Below are positions 12,201-20,700 of a stretch of 64,000 nt of DNA, in pieces. The DNA is from Caecitellus pseudoparvulus (lineage: Eukaryota > Protista > Bigyra: Bicosoecida). The notes under the pieces are model-generated. The model made no database searches, was not told the origin of the DNA, and saw only the letters and a list, made by a program, of their open reading frames with translations. The translations under genes and the position numbers were made by a program. Position 1 is the stretch's first letter; each line of letters starts with the position of its first letter. Where the stretch lies: the NCBI GenBank assembly GCA_965644315.1, contig CBFFRQ010000057.1, positions 310,001 to 374,000 on the forward strand, in the 5' to 3' direction.

Positions 12201-14289
12201 GCGCGCCTGGTGGGAGGCTCTCTGCCCATGCTTCGGCCTGAGCAAACGGCGTGGAATCAGAACCAGACAAGTCACTTTGCCAGGCTGTCGCGTTGTCTGC
12301 CAGGCTTGTGTGGGCAAGTAGGCGCTTTCGTTGGTTTGACAGCACGAGGCCATCGTACCCGACGGGGTGGGAGTACACAGACACGCTGGGTGGCTTCTCG
12401 CCCAGATAGTTGCTGGCTGTAAGCGGCGAGAACTCTTTGTCAAACAGCTCCACCATCTTCTCCCGCATAATTTTCAGAGGATCCTCATCTTTTATGTCCA
12501 CCCGCACATCCAACGCAATCTGGAAGGACAAGTCAGCAGTCAGCAGCAGCTCCAGAGGATCCTTGTGCCGCAGCAACGTTGGCCGGCTGCACTTGTTGGT
12601 GGGGTCTGGCAGGGTGCCCGTGACGAGGAACTGGCCACACATCATGACAGTGATGGGCAGGACGAAGTACACGCGCATTTCGCCGTAGAAGCACACCTCG
12701 GGCTTCATCCACAGCGTGACACGCATGTCATCCGCCACAACTTTTTCTTTCTTTCCTACAGGCTGATCCACATCAAAGGTCTTCGCTCCAGCCCACTTCT
12801 CTCCATCTTCAATGTACCGGAACCCAGCCTCATGGCGCTTGGCATTTTGATAGGTCCGGGTGGCAAAGAAGCCGTTGATGCGCAGACCCAGCTCCATGCC
12901 CACGCGCATGCCGAACGCCGCGTTTACGTGAACAGGCACCTTGCCCACCATGACCCACTTGCCCCCTTCCCCGAACAGCAAGCGGTGGAAAAGGTTCCAG
13001 TCTTTGCGCCATCTCATGGGGTGCTCCCACAGATCTATTTTGAAGCGGATGCTGTAGCCGTATTCGAAGTGAGCCATGAACGACAGTTCCATGAGCTTTG
13101 GACAAAAATTCTCCCAATCCAACCTGTTGCACTTGGTCGCCTTCACGTTCAGCTTGAAGTCATACCCGGAAAACGCATACGCGTAGCAGTTCTCGCACTT
13201 AATGGCGCCCATGACAGCCTTTGTCACGTCGCACAGCTTGCTATCCGCGCCTTTGTCCCAGCACGTGCCCACCTTCCACCCACGCTTCTTCATGGCAGCG
13301 ATGGTGCCCGGAAAATTGTCTTTCACATTCCTGTTCAAGTCTGCCGCCATGTCGTCGAGTGTGACCTCTTCCTTCAATATCTTTCGATCTTCAAAGTCCC
13401 AGTTCCACCCGATTCGAGCAAATCCGTAGGGGTCTTTGACTTCGACCTTGCATCGGTCGTCGTCCAGATACGAATCAAGTGAGCAGTCGATGTTGCGCAC
13501 TTGGGTGCTCTCCAGCAGGCGTGCATGCACCAAGTCTGGACCAGCCTCACTACTCCAAGCCTTGACGTCTTCCGCGTCTGCATCCCACAGCTGCCGCCGG
13601 TGTTGTGGCAGCGGGTGCTCGACTCCCATGGCCTCCTTGGCTGGGCTGATGCCAGGGAACGCTGGGATGGCATTAGGGGAGGCCCTGAAAGCAGCTTCGT
13701 CTGGCGTCTCGGGGTCTTTCTCAGCTGCAGCCCGAAGGCCTCGTGCCATGGCTTCTGGAGCAGATGATCCATGGTGCAGAGCGTGTCCGGTCCGGTGCTT
13801 GATGGACACTTCCGCAGAGTGGAACATCTCCCACAGCTGCAAGTCTTGAGTCTCCACGAGGAGTGTGGAGAATGCAGGTGCAGTGGTGATGCGCGTCACA
13901 GCCTTCACGCGGCGGTAGATGGGCGTGGGCTCCGATGCAGTGGGGTCGGTGTGGCAGCGCCAGACAGCAGAGCCAGACAGGATGGGGTTTCCAGCCGTGA
14001 CGGTGAGATGGTGCTGCAACGCCGCATCGGCACCATCCTCAGTGGCCACGCGAAGCAAGAGGAAATCCTCCTCACACTCAACGTCCAGAAGGTGAGTGAG
14101 CTCGTCCATGTTCAACATGCCAGCATGGTGCTGCACGGAGTACTTGATGTCATGCAAGCTGCCACCTTGCCGTGTGCGCGAAAGCCCCGTGGCGTGGCTG
14201 GGGACAGAGGGGATCTGGAACGCTGAAATCCCCCCTACACCCAAACACAACACCACTAGAGCAATCACACGGGCGATGAGCACCGCCAT
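226..14289 (-). CDS. Gene A: giant secreted multidomain protein (~4687 aa) with DUF7029/DUF7223-like N-terminal beta domains, PPC-like middle region, GH24 lysozyme-like x2, TSP1, and M15-peptidase/PG-binding-like x2
   Basis: Uninterrupted 14.4-kb ORF (226..14628). The in-frame ATG at 14289 begins a clear signal peptide (MAVLIARVIALVVLCLGVGGISA-F), while the upstream 113 codons look non-coding. No C-terminal TM segment. Domain motifs are listed as separate features. Confidence 0.88.
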   Translation of the reverse strand: MAVLIARVIALVVLCLGVGGISAFQIPSVPSHATGLSRTRQGGSLHDIKYSVQHHAGMLNMDELTHLLDVECEEDFLLLRVATEDGADAALQHHLTVTAGNPILSGSAVWRCHTDPTASEPTPIYRRVKAVTRITTAPAFSTLLVETQDLQLWEMFHSAEVSIKHRTGHALHHGSSAPEAMARGLRAAAEKDPETPDEAAFRASPNAIPAFPGISPAKEAMGVEHPLPQHRRQLWDADAEDVKAWSSEAGPDLVHARLLESTQVRNIDCSLDSYLDDDRCKVEVKDPYGFARIGWNWDFEDRKILKEEVTLDDMAADLNRNVKDNFPGTIAAMKKRGWKVGTCWDKGADSKLCDVTKAVMGAIKCENCYAYAFSGYDFKLNVKATKCNRLDWENFCPKLMELSFMAHFEYGYSIRFKIDLWEHPMRWRKDWNLFHRLLFGEGGKWVMVGKVPVHVNAAFGMRVGMELGLRINGFFATRTYQNAKRHEAGFRYIEDGEKWAGAKTFDVDQPVGKKEKVVADDMRVTLWMKPEVCFYGEMRVYFVLPITVMMCGQFLVTGTLPDPTNKCSRPTLLRHKDPLELLLTADLSFQIALDVRVDIKDEDPLKIMREKMVELFDKEFSPLTASNYLGEKPPSVSVYSHPVGYDGLVLSNQRKRLLAHTSLADNATAWQSDLSGSDSTPFAQAEAWAESLPPGALRGMLPGPLGLELSQPGLLQERGRGLAPSHAPGQGALWHRVAPRRLSDETPVLVPLERENIRVLDADGVEVDAVPGEVLPWEAPKATRRKISHRFISADSLRHAVLHRQLRDIAAGRQEPVLVRDVSLPVTGQSRSGHAQAAVYSAHAGGMPRDQAQRTADTLQAAYGTALGGRVPDPRVSIRVLEAGDREFEDSLNDMSGLARQLHELAGNGDAGLHTLHDGDHLVAIELVGSVSSARTLHRLRLEHVRHQRDYAVNQHAPLVLNASNTIVTAHGRALGQTLVELRDASEEALQDPFSTARQLSAAHAALAVSKHDGLLTRVKRNLQSTKCKGSEEDCAMVEKLRGDYVNWKRDNPGLAKVKVTQKTTAKDDSGERNGAIGKLLDLIKKNKWFQKKLKSTGIGDKLSYSKAWWLMYPRTVAWQCLGPIPVPGSSGWLHPPLKNELGVVTHRVESFDKVPARYDSSLKFSYWTDPQWANKNNDGQTVFETDLSQRASARHSWHKSGPFAATAANRKTENGKEYIDAVPSPKKYARLPVYDRCGVMRHELWIANTLRKAGEDMYHSFIRTVPLSCSKTGPSAEGHKGQDSTCEYWQQSSKTAMVTRVKTLASPGSINDPSTFATLSTLFSPLRKLEPGLVHVATMPIGAGSTIKTATGGALPGSPADHAAGGRTLYKLDIPDDTLRFYVTSHTTVWDQTSSTKQVIGKVNLYLSLEPFDDTSSHNLATSEWTSHRSLAPASWNSEAASRRLVHVSSVNDVVKAARSGSVSAMTVCMEGHSFHAPGGGKWNLLTFITPNVELCQAAVGMNLVRGMLLNKPITVTAKQRCMDNSKTHALLQPVISDRAIGLFVTTSEVRGDLDVYYSNTPLTTAFSSAVANMDSFVSGKKKKQSMRWNEPHTVPVPGRKHTAQITMSGSDRMWVPCLDETMVDEEASPAGVPTPWAQRCRDVNFDGYFGAYLLPDPSRKNKVGEDFRGSVTVSEVLPMHAGRPQRVTAVRGRRRYFAVPIPVDAKRIVVHATHLPIGVCDTKPQLSSSSPPSDDLWLAQELLVDALGLRPVQFTPSGTWSDPKYQGGGKDTGQLVADLRAARAGLTGSSEVIDNDVWAELCKQRLDGRTVNKAPASAAQTRVKVLDGKLRKHAEVTVAANSKVEVAEEEGFAPHAGRGLGPEGQYVELYAAGLSADPKDAVGNGKVRGLSDTSAATEPVEDGEPGEAQRLRFIFLEVEAVGRWMTYSTITVYPIASVKPGVLQRFSMPLDSALFFDAPLSPRVITAGGIAAAYIPTAPAQEMVGKPYAAGMAAAEVHPRLFASYAYTPLWRLPSEFSTKTDSADIAFLRSKYLPVETPATDAMSACKPARVPPTAAKTVEEPTDDGSAVQSCALTQSKSAIRTRHEGRSLAPTMALLSFHALSAEGASKAAEDADPAPAGTTDGGVAGNPLGDDGSGVPPPGYSSTEAPRTRVEDRSLFVADMTLKWATLQAIGDSHCARTYLPSQSYAFYSGRLPTWSRGVCIKTNPVRGLYAGDPNIMLRISTRASTQLFPLPTMEDDPANNLDSVSGTAASTVTVVPAGSNDTNPVLPEALRVAGGDQITPGTQATAQASGDANSTAIAGRQPIDKLNVYWMELQRTYRAGAAAFKAGNPSADSFPVLSGALQALFPVSGPLVDGVTKVGGAPDPNLGVSKEIISARVHSAKTGADTALMWEGQALRPTDLENRLVYDDIKDLPLGVKEYSATYTATIEEASAEGGMHKVSVTPLTSWPMKVTSDLVPQSGQVLPSAAALQRGGVSITFESSCDTFADDVVSNPFMRAALVRGLASNYTHAAKYLNEKSVKNFEWLRTRPHPTLQGIDVLLGSPSDPVKEVGDWNYVGNKYSGHTLNIDMFLPNATLNATAYQNITRPPDIPQDGEGESEWEEPVGSILEQARERLKALSPKQVAELPAGLQAFLASGPSEQRKTIAATGGIPRDLLMTWVREVSRAPVWDTAVVPLLYVAAVEEMETFLSATNALYAEDMPLNGAQGSGKDIRGLDRGVQYVGGPFVPGPSPPTTIPASWPANTLVHGPGGAVRFSPTSAFSDWCGGRGFACGPFPVSAGQASKDHTTTTVTPAAMELIRQSWAHTSAAGTHRTARPWLLTNGYSTPLREFSSVVAAQTELTKCSGGSPASYCSWTESQTEAGLRIEVETLAGKVAEAWEGVALTVNQFSALVVFAYDVGPAAWTSVDSANAGMNGENWSGFCPRLRTFIQGSPASPGCWDEAAVQRRHMECVLFWTPPGEDPPLPSFYEPAVPTATYDPSKTFRGFTSAVPKADPRTDTNSWWSYPGLPNGLVDPAFTNSKCSARRLLQLEGPSTALFEHEDGTHLVITEHGAAAAESELVAILEERPSRALRLESDAEVFSAGPAIGIHTANAVVAMREAEKLHPSPVQREQSPHARALARALSTCTVGGWSEWSVCSVSCGTGISSRSRLVTSSPPGSSSTTAVGGPCPALVETRTCSTGAQCSRGPSYTPHEQEAFLSHGGGVTRPLKPISTADHCGGRGDRCSPGGHAATTTLSLLSTTPVGMALLEHFEGGDAGGSTVQSRLVPYHGAYDPPGVVSVGFGHVVEGAGTVAEAASILGASPISMDRARAFLRADVQDAERCVRTHLPHGVALNANQFSALVSFVLSTDCSTLAERRMSDLRSALVQGRYDEVCSLMRREAAAYSGLPSASISTTTVAVAGATPSSTPAEIHVSSALIQRRHAECILFWTPVGEVVDGSHPLANMASLPTAFDPTLAMFGPPAPAYWTVHTDSTAGALSSGPPMDPASLAYADREAAGAAPSRRSLAEPAEADLVEREAAQVFQRPAFWYDEQHVVRARRAQSETQALDDECGDKKVARVFKPSVATANGDEGGVIKEAGQCSHSETVRTSKSEADAGSTVGGVPHVPVFKRLSPYKVSITLPPIPWYKLPPGSAELITPVVPGEVLSSGVTSPVLGDLLLKAPPVPQEPSLLEQAQAQFADAVALVARCRNAGVVSAGPPQSLSPAKLGVTIDTQGRVVAPILHPDVHAGRAGATTLHGFTPLAGPFPPPVGNTSTFLQYAGSRRWGTGLHDLLKRSAAARTNTVEDDTTTPQALAPAPGTSGGFSRDPLPPQMVELCARNPATCGGQVSLQILSLFMCKEGGPFHSMQLLVDRGLARLTSEAKVVPYAQRAVLQALRRKVELTRAAVGYSANLTIAAGLRTPITQHFLYTWQGKGGTGNDNSAVELPGLSMFESGAAVVLGDSPLTASGASVRITLGDGSKKRVKTWADVMPLSLGDYDYQWEVNHAQPFAPSKVDGEAMSWQVWVLPGVDGRGAATGITALPSNTMLKAFQMLWNANVGMEDPSVVLRVSGRMDGPTQQALAATPADGFPIGANCAFWPSVAVEDQKTQQACNTAVVRAAMWFLENFVKKLPQPCPGQQVIHQSHEHAECVRTMQENGSPLTYTALEACGPTSNPCKKQDVDVSSISSGALPGPDGELEAYNATTGVWEPLGDAAPVPVEPPISMVVEPTVRHLYSGKWASLPEPWRLPPKDSDLRHVACDVPALSRFNAHITDDLLCLDQGALARVNPPSGVGLHGRAAEAPFLQRPAAQALMHATSAYRQLVKDAMQDAALEERAFELNVTVANMSAADRNIAVSIADEMYADWNPILMNVTHMWRPLLEHSVLSAHESCGTVDDSKKTPKEERIHSVGRVSMAFGTTMLVLNTTLDAGYARALQRSGWVLEGTLVEPGQIQPPPGGWSTEESEYLAQHPLTHEYIDAGLSVLRYKGGPTCGGQTATKGWKDVRRLTVLAYQRRWNADLPRLVNSHRVSGGVTEGIAEDGLWGPETSDRLLRVPLHTGLLRSGSCACLPKARRGRVQSLDRANGGCTITKPAAYFSKKEIVLDDDGAGVVCEALLQYEAKCQAFAMWGYVDARLFSIAAGDKPGKEGYYGNAIDVTDTCSDDLEGVGLAPAVREGGQDGPCSDYVVASDAL
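630..1535 (-). other. Gene A: degenerate M15 (D-Ala-D-Ala peptidase-like) module plus peptidoglycan-binding-like tail, copy 2
   Basis: CDVPALSRFNAHI...APFLQRPAAQAL...MNVTHMWRPLLEH...KDVRRLTVLAYQRRWNAD...GIAEDGLWGPETSDRL. This follows the recalled cyanobacterial/myxobacterial M15+PGBD pattern (PFLQxxAxxAL..INSAYRT..LAFQxLWN..IxEDGxYGPxTExRL). The SxHxxGxAxD zinc motif is not recognisable. Confidence 0.62.
2022..2805 (-). other. Gene A: M15 peptidase-like module plus peptidoglycan-binding-like tail, copy 1 (zinc ligands substituted)
   Basis: VVPYAQRAVLQAL...LTIAAGLRTPITQHFLY...LPGLSMFESGAAVVL...LKAFQMLWNAN..DP...RVSGRMDGPTQQALAATPADGFPIG. The M15 consensus R-T-x-x-x-Q-x-x-L-Y and PG-x-S-x-H-x-x-G-x-A-x-D are present, with H->F and D->V. 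Confidence 0.7.
3965..4545 (-). other. Gene A: GH24 (phage-type) lysozyme-like domain, copy 2, possibly active
   Basis: GMALLEHFEG...AYDPPGVVSVGFGH...ISMDRARAFLRADVQDAERCV...LNANQFSALVSF...ALIQRRHAECILF matches GH24 motifs (LIxxFEG; YxDxxGxxTIGYGH; LNQNQFDALVSF; GLxxRRxxExxLF). Catalytic Glu and Asp retained, Thr->Ser. Confidence 0.85.
4711..4887 (-). other. Gene A: thrombospondin type-1 (TSP1, spondin-type) repeat
   Basis: CTVGGWSEWSVCSVSCGTGISSRSR...GGPCPALVETRTC: canonical WxxWxxCSxxCG..RxR..C pattern. Confidence 0.92.
5395..5900 (-). other. Gene A: degenerate GH24 lysozyme-like domain, copy 1
   Basis: AMELIRQSW...LTNGY...VALTVNQFSALVVFAYDVG...AVQRRHMECVLFWTP. The C-lobe motifs are conserved and paralogous to copy 2, but the FEG catalytic Glu is absent. 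Confidence 0.75.
12490..14155 (-). other. Gene A: N-terminal DUF7029-like domain followed by a DUF7223-like beta-rich domain
   Basis: MLNMDELTHLLDVECEEDFLLL...ILSGSAVWRC...IYRRVKAV...LLVETQDLQLWEMFHSAEVSI, then IKCENCYAY...VMVGKVPVHVN. Resembles the recalled tandem domain pair of fungal/protist secreted proteins. Confidence 0.45.
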
Positions 14290-14795
14290 GATGCGCCTTG
14301 CTCCCTCGCTCGTCAAAGGACAAGCGGCGTTGTCGCTGCGGCCAGCTGCGAGCTGAGCACACGAGCCCTGGCTCACTTGCCGGCAGCGCTCTAAAGAGCG
14401 GCGTGGTGGACAGGAATAGGCAGCAGGGTAACGGTCTGTGTGCCCGTTTGTGCTGATTTGCTTCAGTGCGGCTTCTGTACGAAGCGCATTGGGGACGGTG
14501 CTGCGGGAGCTGCGGAAAGCCAGCCAAGGCGAGCTTGTGGCGAGGAGCTTCTGGCGTGGTGCAAGCGAAACAGTGCATTGGGAAGCGGGAGCACGAGCGT
14601 GCTCTCTGAGCCCAAAAGATGACAGCATTCACATGCTGAACAGTAAACACAACAGACACACTCAAAGATGGAAGGGCAAGCTGCACAGTGCAGCCTGCCT
14701 CTGGTGCGGAGAGAGGGGGGCAAGCAAAACTGAAGCCACGCGCATTCACACCGGTGGAAGTAGAGAAGCCAGGCTCAAGGAAGCGCTTAACTCCT

Positions 14796-17700
14796 TCAAC
14801 GCCTGGGGCTTTGAAGCTGACGAAGGGGGGCGGTGATGCCCTTCCTGCGCTGGGTCCGGGGCCGGCTGGACCGCCTCTCCAGACCGCCAAGGCCAAGCCC
14901 AGTGGAAGTCTCAGCGACTTGCTTGGCCAGGACCCCGCTTGTAATGTTCCCCATCATGCGCGTACCACGCCGCAAGCGCATGCTGCTTACTTTCGTGCGA
15001 GCGGCTGGAACGGCCCGCTTGGCGTCAGTCAAGTCCACGCTTCGCCTGTCAGCGCTCTGAGCCTCATCCACTCTGCTATGTACAGGGCGCCGGGCCGCTG
15101 CAGGGCGGGTGAAGGTGAGAGCACGCAGGTAGCGACCTTCCATGGGCTGGTCAGCGCTCTCAACGGAGGAAGTGCGCCGGACACGGACTGCGGTGGTGCT
15201 TTGCCGCTTGCCCCGTGCACCGGCTCGCTGGCTGCCTTGCCTGAACGACATGGGGTTTGAGCCAGCAAAGCCGCCTTCCTCCTCCAGCCGTGAATCAATG
15301 GACTCAGCATGCTTATGGCGGGTATGCTGAGGCGTCTTCGCGCGAGGGCGAGATTTAGGCCCATGCGAGCCCGCATCTGCTGCTGTTTGGCGGCGCTGTG
15401 CAGCCGCTGCAGCAGCAGCCAGGTTCGCAGACACCATGGGGTTGGTGCCGACGAGCAGACTGCCCCGGCGGCTCAAGCGGCGGATGCCCATGTGTGGCTT
15501 GCCAGCAGAGGATGTTGTTGAGCCTGAGCTTACAGTGCGCACAGCAGTGATGCTCCCACGGCGGGCCACAGCGCCGGCCCCGCGGAAGGTACCCATGCCG
15601 CGCAAGTGGGAGGTGGACTCAGTCGAGGACTGTGAAGCAAGGCTCATTCGGCGCCCAGGGGATCGCATGGGATTCACACCTGCGATGGTGCTCTCATCTA
15701 ACGCGATGGAAGAGCGGCGGAAGGTGCGCTTGCGCTTGGACGCGCCGTGCTGTCCAAGCTGCATCATGGGGTTCACACCAGGTGGAGTTCGTCCTGCTCC
15801 CTTGTGCCCCATGGGGTTCACCCCAACTATAGCGATGCTCTGTCGGCGTGCCATGGAAAGAGTTTGACGTCGAGGGCCGGCATTTCGCCGGCGTCGGAAG
15901 ACCACAGCAGCTGCAACGATCATGAGGGCCATGCACACGGCGATGACAGGGCCGAGCCACACCCAAATGCTCAAAGCAGGAGCTGGCTCATCGCTTGGTT
16001 TGCCAGCTCGGTGAGACTCGTACCCCACAACCACTGCTGAGGAGGTGGACGCGCCAGCATCATCCACAACCACAGCTTCGAGGATATACACACCTGGCTG
16101 GCTGAGAGAAGCTACTGCCCCAGCAGAGGCCGAGACGGGGACTGGATCTGCGGCTGGGCCAGCAAGGAACAGCGTCTGCGATGCCAGCGCGCCTGCCAAG
16201 ACCTCCTTTGAACAGTCTCGCACGTCTTCAGCGGCGTCCAGCCACTGCAGCTGGGAGGTGCCTTCTGGCAGAGCAGCTAGTGAAAAGCCAAGCTCACTAT
16301 GTTGGCGGGCGAGAGTCATTGAAGCCTTCTCAGCGACAAAAGTAACATTGCCGAAGTCACGAGTCACTGCACAGCGCCAGAAAGTGCGAGTCACGTTGCC
16401 ATCAGCATCGGCAGTTCCTGCCAGCTGCACCATGACACCTTCTGGGGACTGCGCCAGGAGGGAAGCCACGGGCACGCTCGCGGCAGTGGCTGGTCCCCGC
16501 AGTTCCACGCTGCCCGCGGCGGTGCTGTGTGTCGCAGCATTCACAGCCAGAACAGGCGGAATGGTCACTCTGAATGCCAGCTCAGCCGTGGCCACTGCTC
16601 CTTGAGCATCTTCCACCTCAACTGCCACGCGATGCGCGCCTGGGAGCAGCGATCCAAGGGTGAGGGTTGCACCGTTCTGGCTCATGGCCGCTGTGGCTTG
16701 CACAGGTACCTGATCAGGGGCCGAAGCCGCGCTAGTTTCACCAGAGGCAGAGCTAACCACGGCTGGGTCGCTGCTAGCCCATGCAGATGGAGCTGCGAGG
16801 TTTGCTGACCGCGCTGACGTCGCAGGAGCAATGCTGCCATACAGCGCCAGGACTGAATCAGCGAAGCCTGTGCTGAATGCGCGCCCAGTTGGAGGCGAGT
16901 TGGCAGCCACGGAGGACCCATCCACCCTGTGGCTTGGGTCAAACGCTCCGCCTTCCACATAGAACCAAGAGAAGCCGAGCGCATCTGAAGTATCTCCGTC
17001 TGAGCTTCCTGATGCATCCAGCGTTACTTCAGCTGCAACCTGCCCAGGAGGCACGAGGAACAGAGTCTGGTTGGAGAAGAGGGCAGCGCTGGGACGCTCC
17101 TGCAGCATGGGAGCAAACTCTGTCAAGTGGCAGATGTTCACGGTGTAGTACTTGGCGACCACGTCCAGGTGCCAGTAGTAGTCGTCACCTGTGCAGGTGT
17201 CGGCGGCATTCATCCACCTGCCTTCTGCTACAGAGTAGAAGAAGAGCGTAGGCGCAGCAGCCGCGGGGTCAATGCTGCCGCCCGCAGACCCCACGCCGTA
17301 GAACAGGGAGATCTGAATGGGTCCTTGGAAGACGAAGGAATCCAGTGGAGCGCCATCTTCATCCAAGGCCTTGATGGCAAAGGAGTAGCCGTTCCACTTG
17401 AAGTTGTTTGCTGGGGGCTTGTCGTCTGGGTTGTGCAGGCCGTTGACCTTGAGCGGGTCAGTGCTGCTTCCCCCTGCTCCAACATCATCGGGGCCAAAGC
17501 TGGACGCCATGAAGCGCGTGGACGAATTCACGGACCCAGGTGGAATGTACACTGAGCCAAACGTGGCGTCGTCATCAACGTCGGAAGGCTTGGCTCCGAC
17601 TGCTGGCCCTGAAGAGGACGTGCCGTTGCCCACCAAGCCCTCATCTGTCACATTCCCCAGCTTGGTGGTGTCAAATGCCATGACAGTGCCACTGGTAGGT

Positions 17701-20700
17701 GTGACAGACGTGTCCCCACGCCCCACACGAACACCTGAAGAGACCATGAAGAGGGACTTGAGCCCAACAGGGTTGATTGCTCGCACTGCAACGTAGTACA
17801 CTGTGCTGGACTGGAGCTCTGCCCCCAGCAGCGTGAGGACAGGCGCCTTAACTCCGATAAGGTACCCGCCTGTCGCGTCACATGAGATGGCAGTCCTGGA
17901 CACGTTCACCCAGCCTGCAACGTTGTTGTCGGTGACTGGGATGCCAGCCACAGGGCTGGCTTGCAGTTGCTGGATGCCGTGCACCTCGTCGTCATCGTCC
18001 GTTCCCAGGCCCACACCTGGAGGCGAACTGCTGATGCAGTACTCAAAGGACAAATCACCAGTCTGAGGCGTTGCAGCCAAGGCTTCGTCTTGAGGAGAGG
18101 GAGTGATGCTGGCGTCTGTTTCCCCGGCGGTGAGCATGGAGGAAGCAGGCTGCACTTTGGCCACCGCACTCTCGGCGTCGCTGGCAGACCAGTGGGCGAA
18201 CAGCGCATCGGTGTAACTCTGCGTCGCCACGTCCAGGCCTTGGATGCCATCCTTCACAAAGTCCATGGTGGGAGGTGTCGTATCCACGACGACGCCGTCC
18301 GTCGTAACTGATGAGGCAAGGCCCGCCTGGTTCCAAACCCAGACAGTTGCGAAATACCTGGTGCCCGTCACCAAGGACAGGCCTGTGGCCACAGCGTACG
18401 TGGTCACCCCCACATGCCGGAAGGGGACTGTGTCACAAGCACCAGGTGTTGTGCCAGCACACCAGCCATACCCGGCGATGCCAGACTCGGAGTCTGACAC
18501 GCCGCTCCAGGACACAGAAAGGGCAGTGGTGTTGGCAGTGTAGTTTGCGTCTGTGCCTGGCGACGGGACACGGAGGCCCTTTGAGCCAGCGAGCTCAAAA
18601 ACGCGTTCAGGGGGCAAGAAGCCGTCATCCGCAACGGCAACTACATCGTCAACGAGGTACATCTGACTGGGGTCAGTGTCTTCAGGTGAGTTAAGCGCCG
18701 CGAGGCCATCCACGATGGCGCCTGTGGGGATCACTGGCGGGGTAGTGTCCACAGTGAACCCACTGGATCGCACTTCGAACGTGGAGCCGGCCTCGCTGCG
18801 GCTGCGCAAGTACACCGTGTAGTGCCGGCCGTGCACCAGCGGCTGTGCCAGGGAGTTGTTCAAGGAGGTTCCGTTGACTGACGCCTCAGCCAGCACATCT
18901 GCCTGCGCAACAGCCCCAGAGCAGGACACATCGCCGCACGAAGAGCACGCTGTGGCCAGGCCACCTGGAGACCGTGTCCCAGCCGGGCAAGCGGTGCACA
19001 ACATGGCAGCATCCCCGTGAATGGCGAGGTCAGTGGCTTGGATGTAGAAGCCTGGGTCACAGAAAGCCGACCTTGAAGCGGTTGCATAGCCATTTCCAGG
19101 GGCAGTTGGGGTGGACACCGTCACAAGCTGCTGCTGCTGCAGGTTGGCTTCAGCACGAAGGGCTGGGGGAGGGAGGGTGCTTGGGTTCATCAGCTGACTG
19201 GTGCGAATGGGAGCCGTGCCCACTTGCTGCAGCACAACGCGGCATGCACCGCTGGCCGGGTTTACGTGCACCACTGCGTCCCACGACATGGTGGCCACGA
19301 TGCTGGCGTTGTATGCGGACGCAACCCCCGCAACGGCAAGGAGAGTCGTGCCTGGGGCAAGCGCATGGGATGAAGGCACGTCAGATGCACGCACGCTTGT
19401 GATGAAGTTTGTCACGAGGGGGAAGCTACTGCCGTTGCTTGCAGCTTGAGACACAGCGCCAGCCGCTGCAGATCCCAATTCCTCACTTGCCAGTGCACAG
19501 ATCGAGTCGGCAGTTGCGGAGGCACCCGACAGAGCAAACACCTGCAGGGAGTTTCCAGATGCTGCCACTGGCGCGGATGTAGAGTCACCGGATGTGGATG
19601 ACGTAGATGTGGAGGAAGCGCTCGCTAGCTCTGGTTGCACTGCAGCGAGCACACCCAACGTGCCTGCACCAGCCACCGCGATGGACTGCTGGAATGCAGG
19701 CACCTCTTGCAGCGGCACTTCCAACTGCCAAGGTAGGTTTGTTCCGGCATCGGTAGCAGTAACGCCAGCGGCTGTAGCCGCTGGGTTGCCGGCAGCCCGG
19801 ATTGCCGCAATGTCACTGCTGATGCTAGCCGCAGCATCCAAGCTAGGCATGGATGCTGCCTTGGCACAGAAGGATGCACCAGCCGACAGGCACTGAGAAC
19901 TGAGGGCAGCAACCCAAGATCCGCTGGCAGCGACGACAGGGGCGGGATAGCGATCTGCTGCCAACGAGATGGGGAGCGACCCTGCCGCGAACGCAGCCTG
20001 AACGCTGTTCGAGATCACGAACGGTGCCACGTAGACGCGGGCTGACACAGGCGACAGTACGGTTGGGATGGCAACAAAACCTTCATCCGCGGAGGACGCT
20101 CCCGCACTGGGAGGGCCCCACGTGCCAGTGCTTCCTCCAGCGGATGCAATTGCGGCGAAGGAGACTCCGGCTCCACCCGCACAAGCGGAAACAGCACACG
20201 AAGCACCTGCAACAGAGAAGCCCGCTGCATCCAGCATGACAGTCAGCGGTGCTCCGTTGACAGCTGAGAAGGCAGTGTGAGAGGACGTCAGCACCTGTAC
20301 TTCGCCGCCCAATTGCACGGCAGCGCCGGTACCAGCTGCCACGAATGCAGTAGCGGCGTCACTAAATGCCACGCTTGAGTGCTCGCTACCAAGTGCAGGG
20401 AGAGGCAGCACCGATTGAGGTGCAACGACCAGAGCATGTGCGGCAAAGTCATGGCAGCAAGGGCTGGAGAGCGGCTGAGGGCCGCCAAGGTCCGGGCCCA
20501 CAACTTTGTCAATGACGGCCCAGTGGCGATGGGTGTCGTTTGACACGTGCAGTCCTGTGGGCGCGCGAGCTCCCACGGGAGCCACAGGGAGTTGGAAACC
20601 GTCTCGCCAAGCGCCATCGTCATCAGTAGACGGCACAGGGACAGTCGAGTACTCAGAGGTCGAGCTCGTGAAAACTGTCGTTGTTCCATCAGCTTCGCCG

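Noticed and set aside
12367-13482. 371-aa plus-strand ORF, and similar long antisense ORFs (33870..35126, 38035..39459, 46589..47908)
   Set aside because: Antisense shadows of GC-rich coding sequence; no motifs, and fully overlapped by the giant genes.
14290-14628. N-terminal 113 codons of the 4800-aa ORF
   Set aside because: They lie upstream of a clear signal-peptide Met (14289) and have no protein-like features; most likely 5' UTR/intergenic sequence open by chance.
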